Of a stretch of 64,000 nt of DNA, positions 54,498 through 63,675 are shown one piece after another. A program made the position numbers and the translations under genes. The stretch covers positions 5,620 through 69,619 of the forward strand of contig JAPKEQ010000001.1 in assembly GCA_028821995.1 (NCBI GenBank). Direction: 5' to 3'. How positions within the stretch are numbered: the first letter of the stretch is position 1; each line of letters opens with the position of its first letter. Origin of the DNA: Alphaproteobacteria bacterium. GTDB lineage: Bacteria > Pseudomonadota > Alphaproteobacteria > UBA2136 > JAPKEQ01. The notes beneath the pieces are model-generated. The model was given only the letters and a program-made list of their open reading frames with translations, did no database searches and was not told where the DNA came from.

Positions 54498-54991
54498 TTC
54501 AGTTTACAATAGGCCTTGCACTTTTTGCTTTTGCCGCAATTCTTGGCACTTTTAAATCGTTTGAAAACGTGGATAAAATTCAAGTGACCCAAAATAGCTT
54601 GCAAAGCTCCATGAGGGATAGAGATCGCATCCTAAAAATCCAAACGGATATTCAAAAAGCAGTACGTGAAACACTTGAAGCAGGACAGGATCAGAAAAAC
54701 AATATTGAACGATTGTTTAACCTTGCTGAAAGAGATTTAGAGTTTAGCTTCATTGGTCAGCCGACTCAAAACCCCGCTGCACCGGGAATTTTTTATCACA
54801 CCTACAGAATTACCGGCATTGAAACCTATTCTAAAATTTCAGAACTACTAACCCTTATCGCTTCAACTCCAGGGTTTTCTGTGTATAAAACATGTTTTAA
54901 CTGCTCAAGAGTAAGCCGCGAGCTCAAGCCTGGCCACCACATGATTACAATAGAAGGGCATCTATATGTTCATAACCCACGCCAGATTTAA
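54494..54991 (+). CDS. Hypothetical bitopic membrane protein (GspM/PilO-like topology)
   Basis: N-terminal TM (LALFAFAAILGTF) and a periplasmic domain of about 140 aa. Overlaps its neighbours by 4 and 26 bp. Confidence 0.45.
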   Translation: MIQFTIGLALFAFAAILGTFKSFENVDKIQVTQNSLQSSMRDRDRILKIQTDIQKAVRETLEAGQDQKNNIERLFNLAERDLEFSFIGQPTQNPAAPGIFYHTYRITGIETYSKISELLTLIASTPGFSVYKTCFNCSRVSRELKPGHHMITIEGHLYVHNPRQI

Positions 54992-56111
54992 ACTTGCCCT
55001 AACAGCTTGTGCTATTACTGTTGTGACGCCAAGCCATGGCCAAACTATTTCTTGGCCAGATACATTTACAGGCCAGCCAGATTTTGAGTTTACGCGCACA
55101 GATATTGTAAAAGAAATTCAAGAAAAAAGACCTGAATCATTCTCAATATTAACAGGAAACCTTGATCGATCTCTCAGTACACAAGGGGTTAACCCCTTTT
55201 CCCCTAAAACATCTCAAAACCTTATTGAGATATATAGTAGATATAACGAGAACGAATCTATTGCTATTGAGCGCAAGAAAAATCCGGTTCCGCAAGCATA
55301 CGTAGGCTCTAGGCATCAAATTTTCCTTAGAACAGGTGAAACCTCTGGCGCTAATATTATTTTAAAGGATGGAGAGGTCTTTGCCATGCTATCTAGCGGC
55401 AAAATTCTCCCTATTGAGCTCGCACCCAACAATACCATTGTGGAATACGTGGCTACAACACAGATTTCAAAAGAAGAAATTATTGACCAAAAATTCCAAG
55501 ATCTTTTTGCTGGAAAACGCCTGTTTTCTGATACATCTGTAAATTTAGAAGAAGTTGATAGCAGACTTGCAGGTCTACAAACATATCAAGCAGATGGACA
55601 ACTGCCTGATTTTTATACAGATTCTCAAGGACGCCTTGCTCCCACAGAGTTCAAGCGCTTTTTAGAGAGGCTTTTACGCCAAACGCTACAAAAAGAGCAA
55701 AAAAACCTTGGCTTACAAGATTTCTCTCAAGATATTAAAAAGATCAAAATTGACAGTATTGTAACCTCACCATTTAAGTATGCTGTACTAGACGGTGAAA
55801 AATACAGCGAAAAGGAACGATTTTTCCTTTCTGTTCAAAGGCCTCAAGGACAAAACACTAACTTTAGAGCCATTGTAGAGCAATACATACCCCCTAAAGA
55901 TTCTATGGATGCGGGCATGCACCAATCTTTCTTAAATGAAGCCAATGGTGTTATTGAGCAATACGAAAGAGAGCTTGGCATAGAAGCAGGCACTGCGACT
56001 CGTATGGCAACCCATAAGATAGGGGTAACAGTAAAAGAAATTGGCCACAGAAAAGTTATTTTAACAATTGGTGACAGGGATTACCCGCTTAAAATTAACT
56101 TGGCTCTATAA
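54966..56111 (+). CDS. Hypothetical periplasmic protein of the filament cluster (not a secretin)
   Basis: Signal peptide ALTACAITVVTPSHG. No secretin C-terminal motif. Confidence 0.45.
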   Translation: MFITHARFKLALTACAITVVTPSHGQTISWPDTFTGQPDFEFTRTDIVKEIQEKRPESFSILTGNLDRSLSTQGVNPFSPKTSQNLIEIYSRYNENESIAIERKKNPVPQAYVGSRHQIFLRTGETSGANIILKDGEVFAMLSSGKILPIELAPNNTIVEYVATTQISKEEIIDQKFQDLFAGKRLFSDTSVNLEEVDSRLAGLQTYQADGQLPDFYTDSQGRLAPTEFKRFLERLLRQTLQKEQKNLGLQDFSQDIKKIKIDSIVTSPFKYAVLDGEKYSEKERFFLSVQRPQGQNTNFRAIVEQYIPPKDSMDAGMHQSFLNEANGVIEQYERELGIEAGTATRMATHKIGVTVKEIGHRKVILTIGDRDYPLKINLAL

Positions 56112-56114
56112 GAG

Positions 56115-56873
56115 ATGATGAAAGCAAAGCAAAGAAAACAAATGAAAATATTATGTCAAAAGGGTGGCTTTTCGCCATTCATGTTTGGCGTTCTGGCTGC
56201 GCTCTCTATTTTTAGTACCATGCTTGCTCAATGGGCAAAAGAAGACCTAAAACAGCTACAAAGCGAAAAATTAAAACGCCAGCAAGCACACTCTGAAGAT
56301 ATTAAAGAAGCCATTGAAATAGCCATCCTTTCAGAGAACAGCAACGTAGCTGGAAATAATTACAGCCAAACTTATGATATTGGCCGCGCACAAGGGTTTC
56401 TTTCATCCTCAAACAACACGACGCGCGGTGGAGCTGCCATTCAAATGCAAGAAGTTGATAGTAGTCAGGTTCAAGATATTCAAAACAAACGTATTGCAAT
56501 CAGCTCATCAGATGACACATTTCTGCGTACTGACGTGGCAGGGCTTGCAAACGAAGATGCTATAGCAGCTTATGACAGCGGCCTTGATGGCGCTATGGCA
56601 ACAGTAGATACAGAAGCTTTACGTAACCAGCAAGTAAAGCACTCAAGGCAACTCTTAGAAAAAGAAGCAAGCTTGCTTTATACATTCTTTACAGAAAACA
56701 GCAGGTTTCCCGCCAATCAAGGCGAGTACGATACTGATATAAACGCATTAACAAATTACAAAGATACCTGGGGAAATGACTTTACCTACACCTATGCAAG
56801 CGATACCGAAGCAACATTAGGTTTTACCACACCGTGGGGGAAAAGCTTTAACGTTCGTGTGGATATGAACTAA
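56115..56873 (+). CDS. Pilin-like protein (candidate minor pilin), prepilin-type leader QKGG|FSPFMFGVLAALSIF
   Basis: Basic leader ending in GG, followed by a hydrophobic helix of about 20 aa lacking Glu5. The rest is polar. Confidence 0.5.
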   Translation: MMKAKQRKQMKILCQKGGFSPFMFGVLAALSIFSTMLAQWAKEDLKQLQSEKLKRQQAHSEDIKEAIEIAILSENSNVAGNNYSQTYDIGRAQGFLSSSNNTTRGGAAIQMQEVDSSQVQDIQNKRIAISSSDDTFLRTDVAGLANEDAIAAYDSGLDGAMATVDTEALRNQQVKHSRQLLEKEASLLYTFFTENSRFPANQGEYDTDINALTNYKDTWGNDFTYTYASDTEATLGFTTPWGKSFNVRVDMN

Positions 56874-56893
56874 GAAAAACAAAGGAAAATAAT

Positions 56894-57802
56894 ATGATAC
56901 GTGCCATTGCAAAACGCTTAAAAAGCCAAACAGGTGCTGTTTTTGGTATGGATGCCCGTGTGGCACTTATTATTGCAAGTATTATGGCTGCAACAGGTGG
57001 TGTAACCGTACTTTCTCGTGTTGAACGTAATAAAAACGATGCTGCTGAACGCGGTATTGATTTACTTGTGAACGCCAACCTGAAGTACTACATCACAACA
57101 GGTATTAATACCATATCTCCTGATATTGCGACCCTATTTACATCTGGCGTTATGGAAGAAACATACCTCCAACAAGACCCGTGGGGCAACAACTGGAACT
57201 ATGTGATTGGCTCTACAAATATTGAAATTGAAGATGTGCCTGTCACCATGTGGTACGGTACTATTCATACAAGCGGTAAAGATGGCACAGATGACTCTGT
57301 AGCTATTGCATCTTATGCGAACTGGCAAGTATGGGAAGCCGCAGGTGATGATATTGGTATCAAATTTTCAACCACATCTATTGAAAAAGATCGCGTGGAG
57401 CTTTACAGAAAGCAAGGCCAAGAGATTTCTGACCGTCTCGCAGCTGTAGAAGCTGCATGGTACCTTGATGCAGATGGCGCTTGCACTGGCCCTGCGTGGT
57501 GTACAAGTGGTGGTAAATCTTACACAAACTTTAGTTACTATCCAATTTCTAGCCTTGATGCCAATGTCAACGTACAATATTTTGATGCTGTTTGTACCGA
57601 CACTGATATTGCAGGAACAACCAGCGCCTGTAATGATGTGACATACATAAGCGGGAACCAAGGCTCAATGGAAGCGCTATTAAACTTGCTTAACCTGCCC
57701 ATTAGCTATGCAACAGACCCTTGGAATCGCACTTTAAGGTATAACTCAAACCTAACAGACCGCGAAGATCCACCATTTAGCGCTCAGGTTTGGTATCAAT
57801 AA
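56894..57802 (+). CDS. Pilin-like protein sharing the N-terminal motif of the 49832 gene
   Basis: MIRAIAKRLKSQTG|AVFGMDARVALIIASIMAATGGVTVL, then Cys-containing C-terminal region (ACTGPAWCTSGG...AVCTDTDIAGTTSAC). Confidence 0.55.
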   Translation: MIRAIAKRLKSQTGAVFGMDARVALIIASIMAATGGVTVLSRVERNKNDAAERGIDLLVNANLKYYITTGINTISPDIATLFTSGVMEETYLQQDPWGNNWNYVIGSTNIEIEDVPVTMWYGTIHTSGKDGTDDSVAIASYANWQVWEAAGDDIGIKFSTTSIEKDRVELYRKQGQEISDRLAAVEAAWYLDADGACTGPAWCTSGGKSYTNFSYYPISSLDANVNVQYFDAVCTDTDIAGTTSACNDVTYISGNQGSMEALLNLLNLPISYATDPWNRTLRYNSNLTDREDPPFSAQVWYQ

Positions 57803-57805
57803 ACA

Positions 57806-58417
57806 GTGTTTGCATTTGAAAGACAGTTTCTCACAGAGGATGATATTTCTGAGGGGTTAATCCCAGAAAAGTTCCATATTATCCTTACAGGGCTGTTTTT
57901 TCTTATCTTTGGTGCACTGAGCCTTGCAAGCATAGCAACAGCAATGGAGTGCCTTTTTTGGGGGATAACAAGCCTTGTTTTAGCAAGGCTTATTGCCCTA
58001 GACCTTACAAACCATACACTTCCCAACATTTATATTGCTCCTCTATGTTGCTTTGCACTTATTGGGAGCCTTACAGGCATGCTTCCAATCACATGGCAAG
58101 ATGCTCTCTTTGGCGGAGCTATCGCATTCTCAAGCGTTCTTGCTCTTAGTTTTCTTATTGAATTTTTATTAAAATCTGCCTTTCTTGGCGGAGGAGATAT
58201 AAAATTCATAGGCGCATCAGGCCTTTGGCTAGGTTGGGGGCTTTTACCTTTTTACATGATGGTTGCCTGCTTTTTCACAATTATCATTTCTTTCCTCCCC
58301 AGTAAAAACAATCATATCGCCTTTGGCCCAGGGCTTTGCTTCTCTTTATGGCTGTTTTTGCATCAAAAAACTTACTTGATGGTCTTGATAAACAAGGCAT
58401 TTGCCTTTATATCTTGA
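57806..58417 (+). CDS. Prepilin peptidase, peptidase A24 family, short TadV/CpaA-like form (GTG start)
   Basis: Polytopic 203 aa with the second catalytic Asp motif LGGGDIKFIGASGLWLGW (A24 GxGDxKL). No N-terminal Zn-finger or methyltransferase region. Confidence 0.75.
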   Translation: MFAFERQFLTEDDISEGLIPEKFHIILTGLFFLIFGALSLASIATAMECLFWGITSLVLARLIALDLTNHTLPNIYIAPLCCFALIGSLTGMLPITWQDALFGGAIAFSSVLALSFLIEFLLKSAFLGGGDIKFIGASGLWLGWGLLPFYMMVACFFTIIISFLPSKNNHIAFGPGLCFSLWLFLHQKTYLMVLINKAFAFIS

Positions 58418-58420
58418 AGT

Positions 58421-58966
58421 ATGACCGAAATATGTGCCCATCCAGACTGCGAGCTTGAAGGAACTTTTCCTGCCCCTAGAGACCCTAGCAACATATCTGC
58501 GCGCCAATATTTCTGCGAAAAACACATCAAAGAATTCAATAAAAACTGGAACGGCCTTAAAGGCTTTAGCAGTGACGACCTTTACACCTTACAGTCTGGT
58601 GCCACATGGGGACGTCCAACGTGGAAAATGGGTGTAAACACAGAATCCTACAAAAAGGCAACCCTTGCAGCTGACAAGAATTACAAAAACCCATACACCC
58701 TATTTGGTGATATGGATGAGGACCAAGCAACCACTACATTTACGCCTAAAATGCCAAAAAAAATTACTGAAGCCTGCGAAACATTAGGCATAGAGCCACC
58801 ACTCACGCCTCATATTATTAAAAAGCGCTTCACAGTTCTTGCTAAGAAATTTCACCCAGATATTTATACGGGGGATGATGCTGCCGAACGTATGGGTATT
58901 ATTAATGATGCCTATACAACGCTTAAAGACTACCTTAAACGCCAAGAAGCAGAAGCTAAAGGCTAA
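58421..58966 (+). CDS. J-domain protein with an N-terminal Cys/His-rich segment
   Basis: C-terminal IIKKRFTVLAKKFHPDIYTGDDAAERMGIINDAYTTLKDYLK (HPD motif). N-terminal CAHPDCELEG...FCEKH. Confidence 0.65.
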   Translation: MTEICAHPDCELEGTFPAPRDPSNISARQYFCEKHIKEFNKNWNGLKGFSSDDLYTLQSGATWGRPTWKMGVNTESYKKATLAADKNYKNPYTLFGDMDEDQATTTFTPKMPKKITEACETLGIEPPLTPHIIKKRFTVLAKKFHPDIYTGDDAAERMGIINDAYTTLKDYLKRQEAEAKG

Positions 58967-59657
58967 AGAAACGCTCTACTGCTGCCATATCTCCGCGCTC
59001 TAAGTAACTTAAAACAACTTGCTGTTTTGTTAAAACTTGCATGCGGTGCTCTTCAACAGCCATACGCTTAACGCAGTAACCATAGGTTTGTGAAAGAAGC
59101 TGCTCTAAAACCTGAGCCAAAACAGCGTTTCCAGACTCCTTTGCAAGAGAAACCCTCCATCCATGTTCTTTTTCCACTAATTTTTCAGGGGAATCCGTCA
59201 AGTAAATCTCATGAGAAATTATAAGATTTAGCAAGTTTCGAGGAGATTTTTTAAGAGGGAGGTAAGCTGTATAAACAAGACCCTTAATGACTCTTAAAGC
59301 ATCTTCATAGTCATTTTCTGCAAGGCCTGAAATCTTCAATGTAGCCGTTTCTGTAGGTATCAGAGGCCGGGAAGCCTTCACGAAAGAGCCGCGCCCTGGA
59401 GAAACATCTAAATATCCATGCGCCCTTAAAATTTGCATAGACTCACGCAAAGTAGATCTGCTTACAGAAAAATACTTACATAACTGATGCTCTGTTGGAA
59501 GCTTGTCCCCAACTTTTAATGCCCCCCTCGCTATCATACCCTTAAAATGTTCTGCCATAGATTCAGAAAGACGCATGCCTGGATTTTCATTTACTGGTTC
59601 CAAGAAAAGATTTTCTGGGGCATTGCCATTCCGTGTAGGAGAGAAGTGCGGTTCCAT
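58956..59657 (-). CDS. GntR-family (FadR/FCD subfamily) transcriptional regulator
   Basis: N-terminal wHTH (DKLPTEHQLCKYFSVSRSTLRESMQILRAHGYLDVSPGRGSFV) and a C-terminal FCD-like helical domain. Confidence 0.85.
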   Translation of the reverse strand: MEPHFSPTRNGNAPENLFLEPVNENPGMRLSESMAEHFKGMIARGALKVGDKLPTEHQLCKYFSVSRSTLRESMQILRAHGYLDVSPGRGSFVKASRPLIPTETATLKISGLAENDYEDALRVIKGLVYTAYLPLKKSPRNLLNLIISHEIYLTDSPEKLVEKEHGWRVSLAKESGNAVLAQVLEQLLSQTYGYCVKRMAVEEHRMQVLTKQQVVLSYLERGDMAAVERFFSL

Positions 59658-59742
59658 ATAGGCATCCTATTTTTTGTACTACTTTTAATATCTAAATATC
59701 AGACTAGCACAACCTAAAATAGAATTAAACAAAAATATAAAC

Positions 59743-60546
59743 TTATAAAGAAAGCTCCTCTGAGCGATCTCTTGCATGCAAGAGCGCATCAAAAACAATC
59801 CTATCAAACTGATTTTTATTAAAAATGTTCAAAGCAGCCTCTGTTGTCCCCCCTTTACTTGTTACCTCTTCTTTAAGTTGTAAAGGGTATTTTCCGCACT
59901 GCATTTGCTTCACCGCAAGGCCACCTGCCCCCCTTGCTGTCTCGCAAGCAAGCTCTCTTGCAAGATTTTCTGGAAGCCCCAAAGCCTTCCCAGCTTTTAT
60001 CATGTAATCCATAAGAGCAAAGAAGTATGCGGGCCCACTTCCAGATACCGCAGTTACGGCATGCATTTGCGCCTCATCTTGCACCCAAAAAACTTTTCCA
60101 ACAGCTTGCAGAACATCTTCGCAAAAAAGCTTTGTCGCTTCAGGGCAGTTTTTATCACCCACTAAAACGCTCACGCCCATACCAATGGCCGCCGGCGTAT
60201 TGGGCATTGCACGCACTACATGCATGGCATGGCTCACATGCTTAGAAATTGAAACGCGCTCAACGCCTGCCATAATAGAGAGTACAACGCCTTCCGGCTT
60301 CATAATACCTGCAAGGTCCTTGTATATCTTTTCTGCAATTTGCGGCTTTACAGCAAGAATAACCATATCGAATTTTTGCTCAATATCTTTTGCATCCTTA
60401 TATAAGGTTACACCCTCTACAGGGCTACCCTGCTCATAAAAATACGGATCTATCGCTTCAATCTTATAAAGCCCTCTTTTCTCCAGCAAACCACTTGCAA
60501 TGGCTTGCCCCATATTGCCAAACCCAAAAAATAAAATCTTTTTCAT
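59743..60546 (-). CDS. proC: Pyrroline-5-carboxylate reductase
   Basis: MKKILFFGFGNMGQAIASGL Rossmann N-terminus and the C-terminal P5CR dimerisation signature (VTSKGGTTEAAL). Confidence 0.92.
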   Translation of the reverse strand: MKKILFFGFGNMGQAIASGLLEKRGLYKIEAIDPYFYEQGSPVEGVTLYKDAKDIEQKFDMVILAVKPQIAEKIYKDLAGIMKPEGVVLSIMAGVERVSISKHVSHAMHVVRAMPNTPAAIGMGVSVLVGDKNCPEATKLFCEDVLQAVGKVFWVQDEAQMHAVTAVSGSGPAYFFALMDYMIKAGKALGLPENLARELACETARGAGGLAVKQMQCGKYPLQLKEEVTSKGGTTEAALNIFNKNQFDRIVFDALLHARDRSEELSL

Positions 60547-60695
60547 ATACCTATTCTTTCTCATATAAACACTCATCAGTGTGCAAACAGAATGATGAAC
60601 TGTCCAGTGTTAATGGTTTTCGCGCAAAACCTCTGTTTTCAAAACATCACTTTTGGGGTACTCTACCCCTAAATTTACGAAGGAAAGAAACGTTT

Positions 60696-61688
60696 ATGTA
60701 TATCGTAACTGGCGCAGCAGGCTTTATTGGCTCTGTCATTGTAGAAGCCCTTAACCGTGAAAAGCCAAACACACCTGTTGTTGTGTGCGACTGGCTAGAT
60801 ACAGATGACCGCTGGAAAAATATCGGTAAACGCGTCGTTCATGATGTTGTTGCCCCAGAAGACCTGGGTAATTTCCTGATTCAAAACGAAAAAGAAATTA
60901 CAGCGATCATCCACATGGGCGCTGATAGCAGCACAACAACAACGGATATGGACGCCATTACTCAAATGAACATCCGCCCGACACTTGATCTGTTTGATTG
61001 GTGTGCAAGACGTAACGTACCTTACATTTACGCCTCTTCAGCTGCTACATATGGTGATGGCAGCAAAGGGTTTGAAGACAACAATGACCTTTCAGAACTT
61101 CTAAAGCTGGCACCACTTAATGGCTACGGCTATAGCAAGCACATGTGCGACAAAGCGATTGTGACACGTAAAAGCCAACCTAAACAGTGGGTCGGCCTCA
61201 AGTTCTTTAACGTGTATGGCCCTAACGAATACCACAAAGAGCGCATGCAAAGTGTTGTGGCGCATTCTTTCCGACAAATTAAAGAAAATGGCAAAGTTGA
61301 GCTGTTTAAATCCTACAAAGAAGGTTTTGACCATGGCGGTCAATCTCGCGACTTTATCTACGTAAAAGATATTGCAAATCTAATCATTTGGTTCCTTGAT
61401 AATCCAAAGGTAAGCGGCATCTTTAACATTGGTACAGGTGAAGCCCGTAGCTTTAAAGACCTTGCACTTGCAACATTTACAGCACTAGATAAAAAGCCAA
61501 ACATTAAATACATCGAAATGCCTGAAGACCTGCAAGGTAAATACCAGTATTATACAGAAGCTGGCATGGACAACCTGCAAAGCGTTTATACAAAAATCAT
61601 GGGTAAAGCGTACAAATTCCATTCACTTGAAGAAGGTGTGACAGATTATGTTCAAAACCACCTTGATCAAGCAGATCCATACCTATAA
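60696..61688 (+). CDS. hldD: ADP-L-glycero-D-manno-heptose-6-epimerase
   Basis: MYIVTGAAGFIGS...YASSAATYGDGSKGFED...YGYSK...GLKFFNVYGPNEYHK...SRDFIYVKD...GIFNIGTG is collinear with E. coli HldD/RfaD throughout. Confidence 0.92.
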   Translation: MYIVTGAAGFIGSVIVEALNREKPNTPVVVCDWLDTDDRWKNIGKRVVHDVVAPEDLGNFLIQNEKEITAIIHMGADSSTTTTDMDAITQMNIRPTLDLFDWCARRNVPYIYASSAATYGDGSKGFEDNNDLSELLKLAPLNGYGYSKHMCDKAIVTRKSQPKQWVGLKFFNVYGPNEYHKERMQSVVAHSFRQIKENGKVELFKSYKEGFDHGGQSRDFIYVKDIANLIIWFLDNPKVSGIFNIGTGEARSFKDLALATFTALDKKPNIKYIEMPEDLQGKYQYYTEAGMDNLQSVYTKIMGKAYKFHSLEEGVTDYVQNHLDQADPYL

Positions 61689-61702
61689 GGACATCAATAC
61701 AC

Positions 61703-62515
61703 ATGATCCCATTTCCGCATATAGACCCTGTTGCTCTTTATATTGGCCCACTTCCACTCAGATGGTACGGGCTGGCTTATGTGGCAGGTTTTGTTTTAGG
61801 GCTCTATGCTTTTAAACACCTCTGCAACACCATGAAAGGCTCCAAACTCACAAGTAAACATGTAGATGATTACTTTGTATGGATTATTGCCGGCGTTATT
61901 CTTGGCGGTCGGCTTGGGTATGTTCTCTTCTATAATTTTAGTTATTATATAGAGCACCCTATGCAAATTTTACAAACGTGGAATGGGGGCATGTCATTCC
62001 ATGGCGGCGTACTTGGCTGCATTTTAGCTACAGTTCTTTTTGCATGGAAAAAAGGTCTTGAAATCCATCAACTGTCGGATAAACTTGCTGTTGTTGTACC
62101 TATCGGTCTCTTTTTTGGGCGCATTGCGAACTTTATAAACGCAGAGCTATACGGCCGCCCGACAGACCTACCTTGGGGCATGGTTTTCCCAACAGCTGAT
62201 GATCTGCCAAGACACCCCTCCCAGCTATACGAAGCAGGACTAGAAGGCCTTGTTTTGTTTATCATTTTATTTGTAATGGCGCGCAGAAACCCACGCCCTT
62301 GGGCACTCACAGGAACTTTCCTTATGGGCTACGGTATCTTTCGTTTCTTTATTGAGTATGCTCGCATGCCAGATACTCACCTACAAGACGGCATATTTAC
62401 AACAATAACCATGGGGCAAATTTTATGCTTGCCAATGGTTATTTTAGGTGTATACTATTTATTCATACACAGAGGTAGTGCCTCTATTACAACAAAAAAA
62501 CAAACAATTAAATAG
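61703..62515 (+). CDS. lgt: Prolipoprotein diacylglyceryl transferase
   Basis: PVALYIGPLPLRWYGLAYVAGFVLG N-terminus, the conserved WNGGMSFHGGVLG and GRLGNFINGELYGR-like GRIANFINAELYGR motifs. Confidence 0.94.
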   Translation: MIPFPHIDPVALYIGPLPLRWYGLAYVAGFVLGLYAFKHLCNTMKGSKLTSKHVDDYFVWIIAGVILGGRLGYVLFYNFSYYIEHPMQILQTWNGGMSFHGGVLGCILATVLFAWKKGLEIHQLSDKLAVVVPIGLFFGRIANFINAELYGRPTDLPWGMVFPTADDLPRHPSQLYEAGLEGLVLFIILFVMARRNPRPWALTGTFLMGYGIFRFFIEYARMPDTHLQDGIFTTITMGQILCLPMVILGVYYLFIHRGSASITTKKQTIK

Positions 62516-62570
62516 GGACGCAAACGCTTTCTGTGGTGAGTGCAATTTGTAAAATGAATAGGCAAGAACC

Positions 62571-63620
62571 ATGATGAAAGATTTGATTATACAGCGCATT
62601 AAGGACCGCGGTCCTCTCAATGTTGCGGATTACATGTCCCTTTGTCTCTACGAGCCCAATCACGGCTACTACATGACACGCGATCCTTTCGGCAATGCAG
62701 GCGATTTTACAACAGCACCTGAGATGACTCAGCTGTTTGGTGAAATGGTGGGCATTTGGGTCATTGATCTATGGCAAAAACTAGGATGTCCAGAACCTTT
62801 CCACCTTGTAGAAGCAGGACCTGGGCGCGGCACACTCATGAAAGATGTTTTACGCACACTTCAAAAAGTGCGTAGCACATGCTACGCAAATGCCAAAGTA
62901 CACCTTGTTGAAATTAGCCCGCACCTTAAATCTATTCAAATGGACACGCTTGACGATCATGATGACGTGGCATGGACAAGCAATATTGAAGATATTGATT
63001 TTGACGCGCCAGTAATCCTTATTGGTAATGAAGTACTAGACGCTTTCCCTGTTCGCCAATTCCAAAAAACGGAAGATGGCTACAAAGAACGCATTATCGA
63101 ACTCAATGAAAATAAGCTTTCTTACGCAACAAGTGATAGGTCTTACACCTTCCATAATACAGATGCAGAGTTTATTGAAACTTACGACGCCATGGAAAAA
63201 TTCCTCCGCAGTGTTAAACGTTCTATTAAAAAAGGCGCAGCTCTCTTTATTGACTACGGGGCAATGAGCGGCCATGCGGATACGCTGCAAGCTCTCTCTA
63301 AACACCAAACCGTTGATGTACTTGATAACCCTGGCGGCGCAGACCTAACAACCCATGTAAACTTTGGCTTTGTCGCTGATATCTTTGGCTCTAACACCCT
63401 TGGCCCAACAGATCTAGGATACTTCCTTACCCAAATGGGGCTGCCGATTCGCGCTGCAACACTTCTGGAAAATACTGAAGGTACAGAACGTGAAAACTTA
63501 CAAGCTGCAATACACAGATTGATACACCCCAGCCAAATGGGAAGCCTCTTTAAAGTCCTTTGCTGGCGCACACAGGGCGTCCCGGACCCAGCAGGTTTTC
63601 AGAATACCTTCTTCCAATAA
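62571..63620 (+). CDS. Class I SAM-dependent methyltransferase, MidA/NDUFAF7 family (COG1565, DUF185)
   Basis: HLVEAGPGRGTLMKDVL SAM-binding motif and the typical length. Confidence 0.8.
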   Translation: MMKDLIIQRIKDRGPLNVADYMSLCLYEPNHGYYMTRDPFGNAGDFTTAPEMTQLFGEMVGIWVIDLWQKLGCPEPFHLVEAGPGRGTLMKDVLRTLQKVRSTCYANAKVHLVEISPHLKSIQMDTLDDHDDVAWTSNIEDIDFDAPVILIGNEVLDAFPVRQFQKTEDGYKERIIELNENKLSYATSDRSYTFHNTDAEFIETYDAMEKFLRSVKRSIKKGAALFIDYGAMSGHADTLQALSKHQTVDVLDNPGGADLTTHVNFGFVADIFGSNTLGPTDLGYFLTQMGLPIRAATLLENTEGTERENLQAAIHRLIHPSQMGSLFKVLCWRTQGVPDPAGFQNTFFQ

Positions 63621-63675
63621 GGAAAGCTTTGTGGCACACTGCCCTCTCAAATAACTGGAGAGAAAGTAGGGTTTT

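Noticed and set aside
54966-56111. Periplasmic 381 aa protein as the cluster's secretin
   Set aside because: Too short, and it lacks the conserved C-terminal secretin motif. Kept as unknown.
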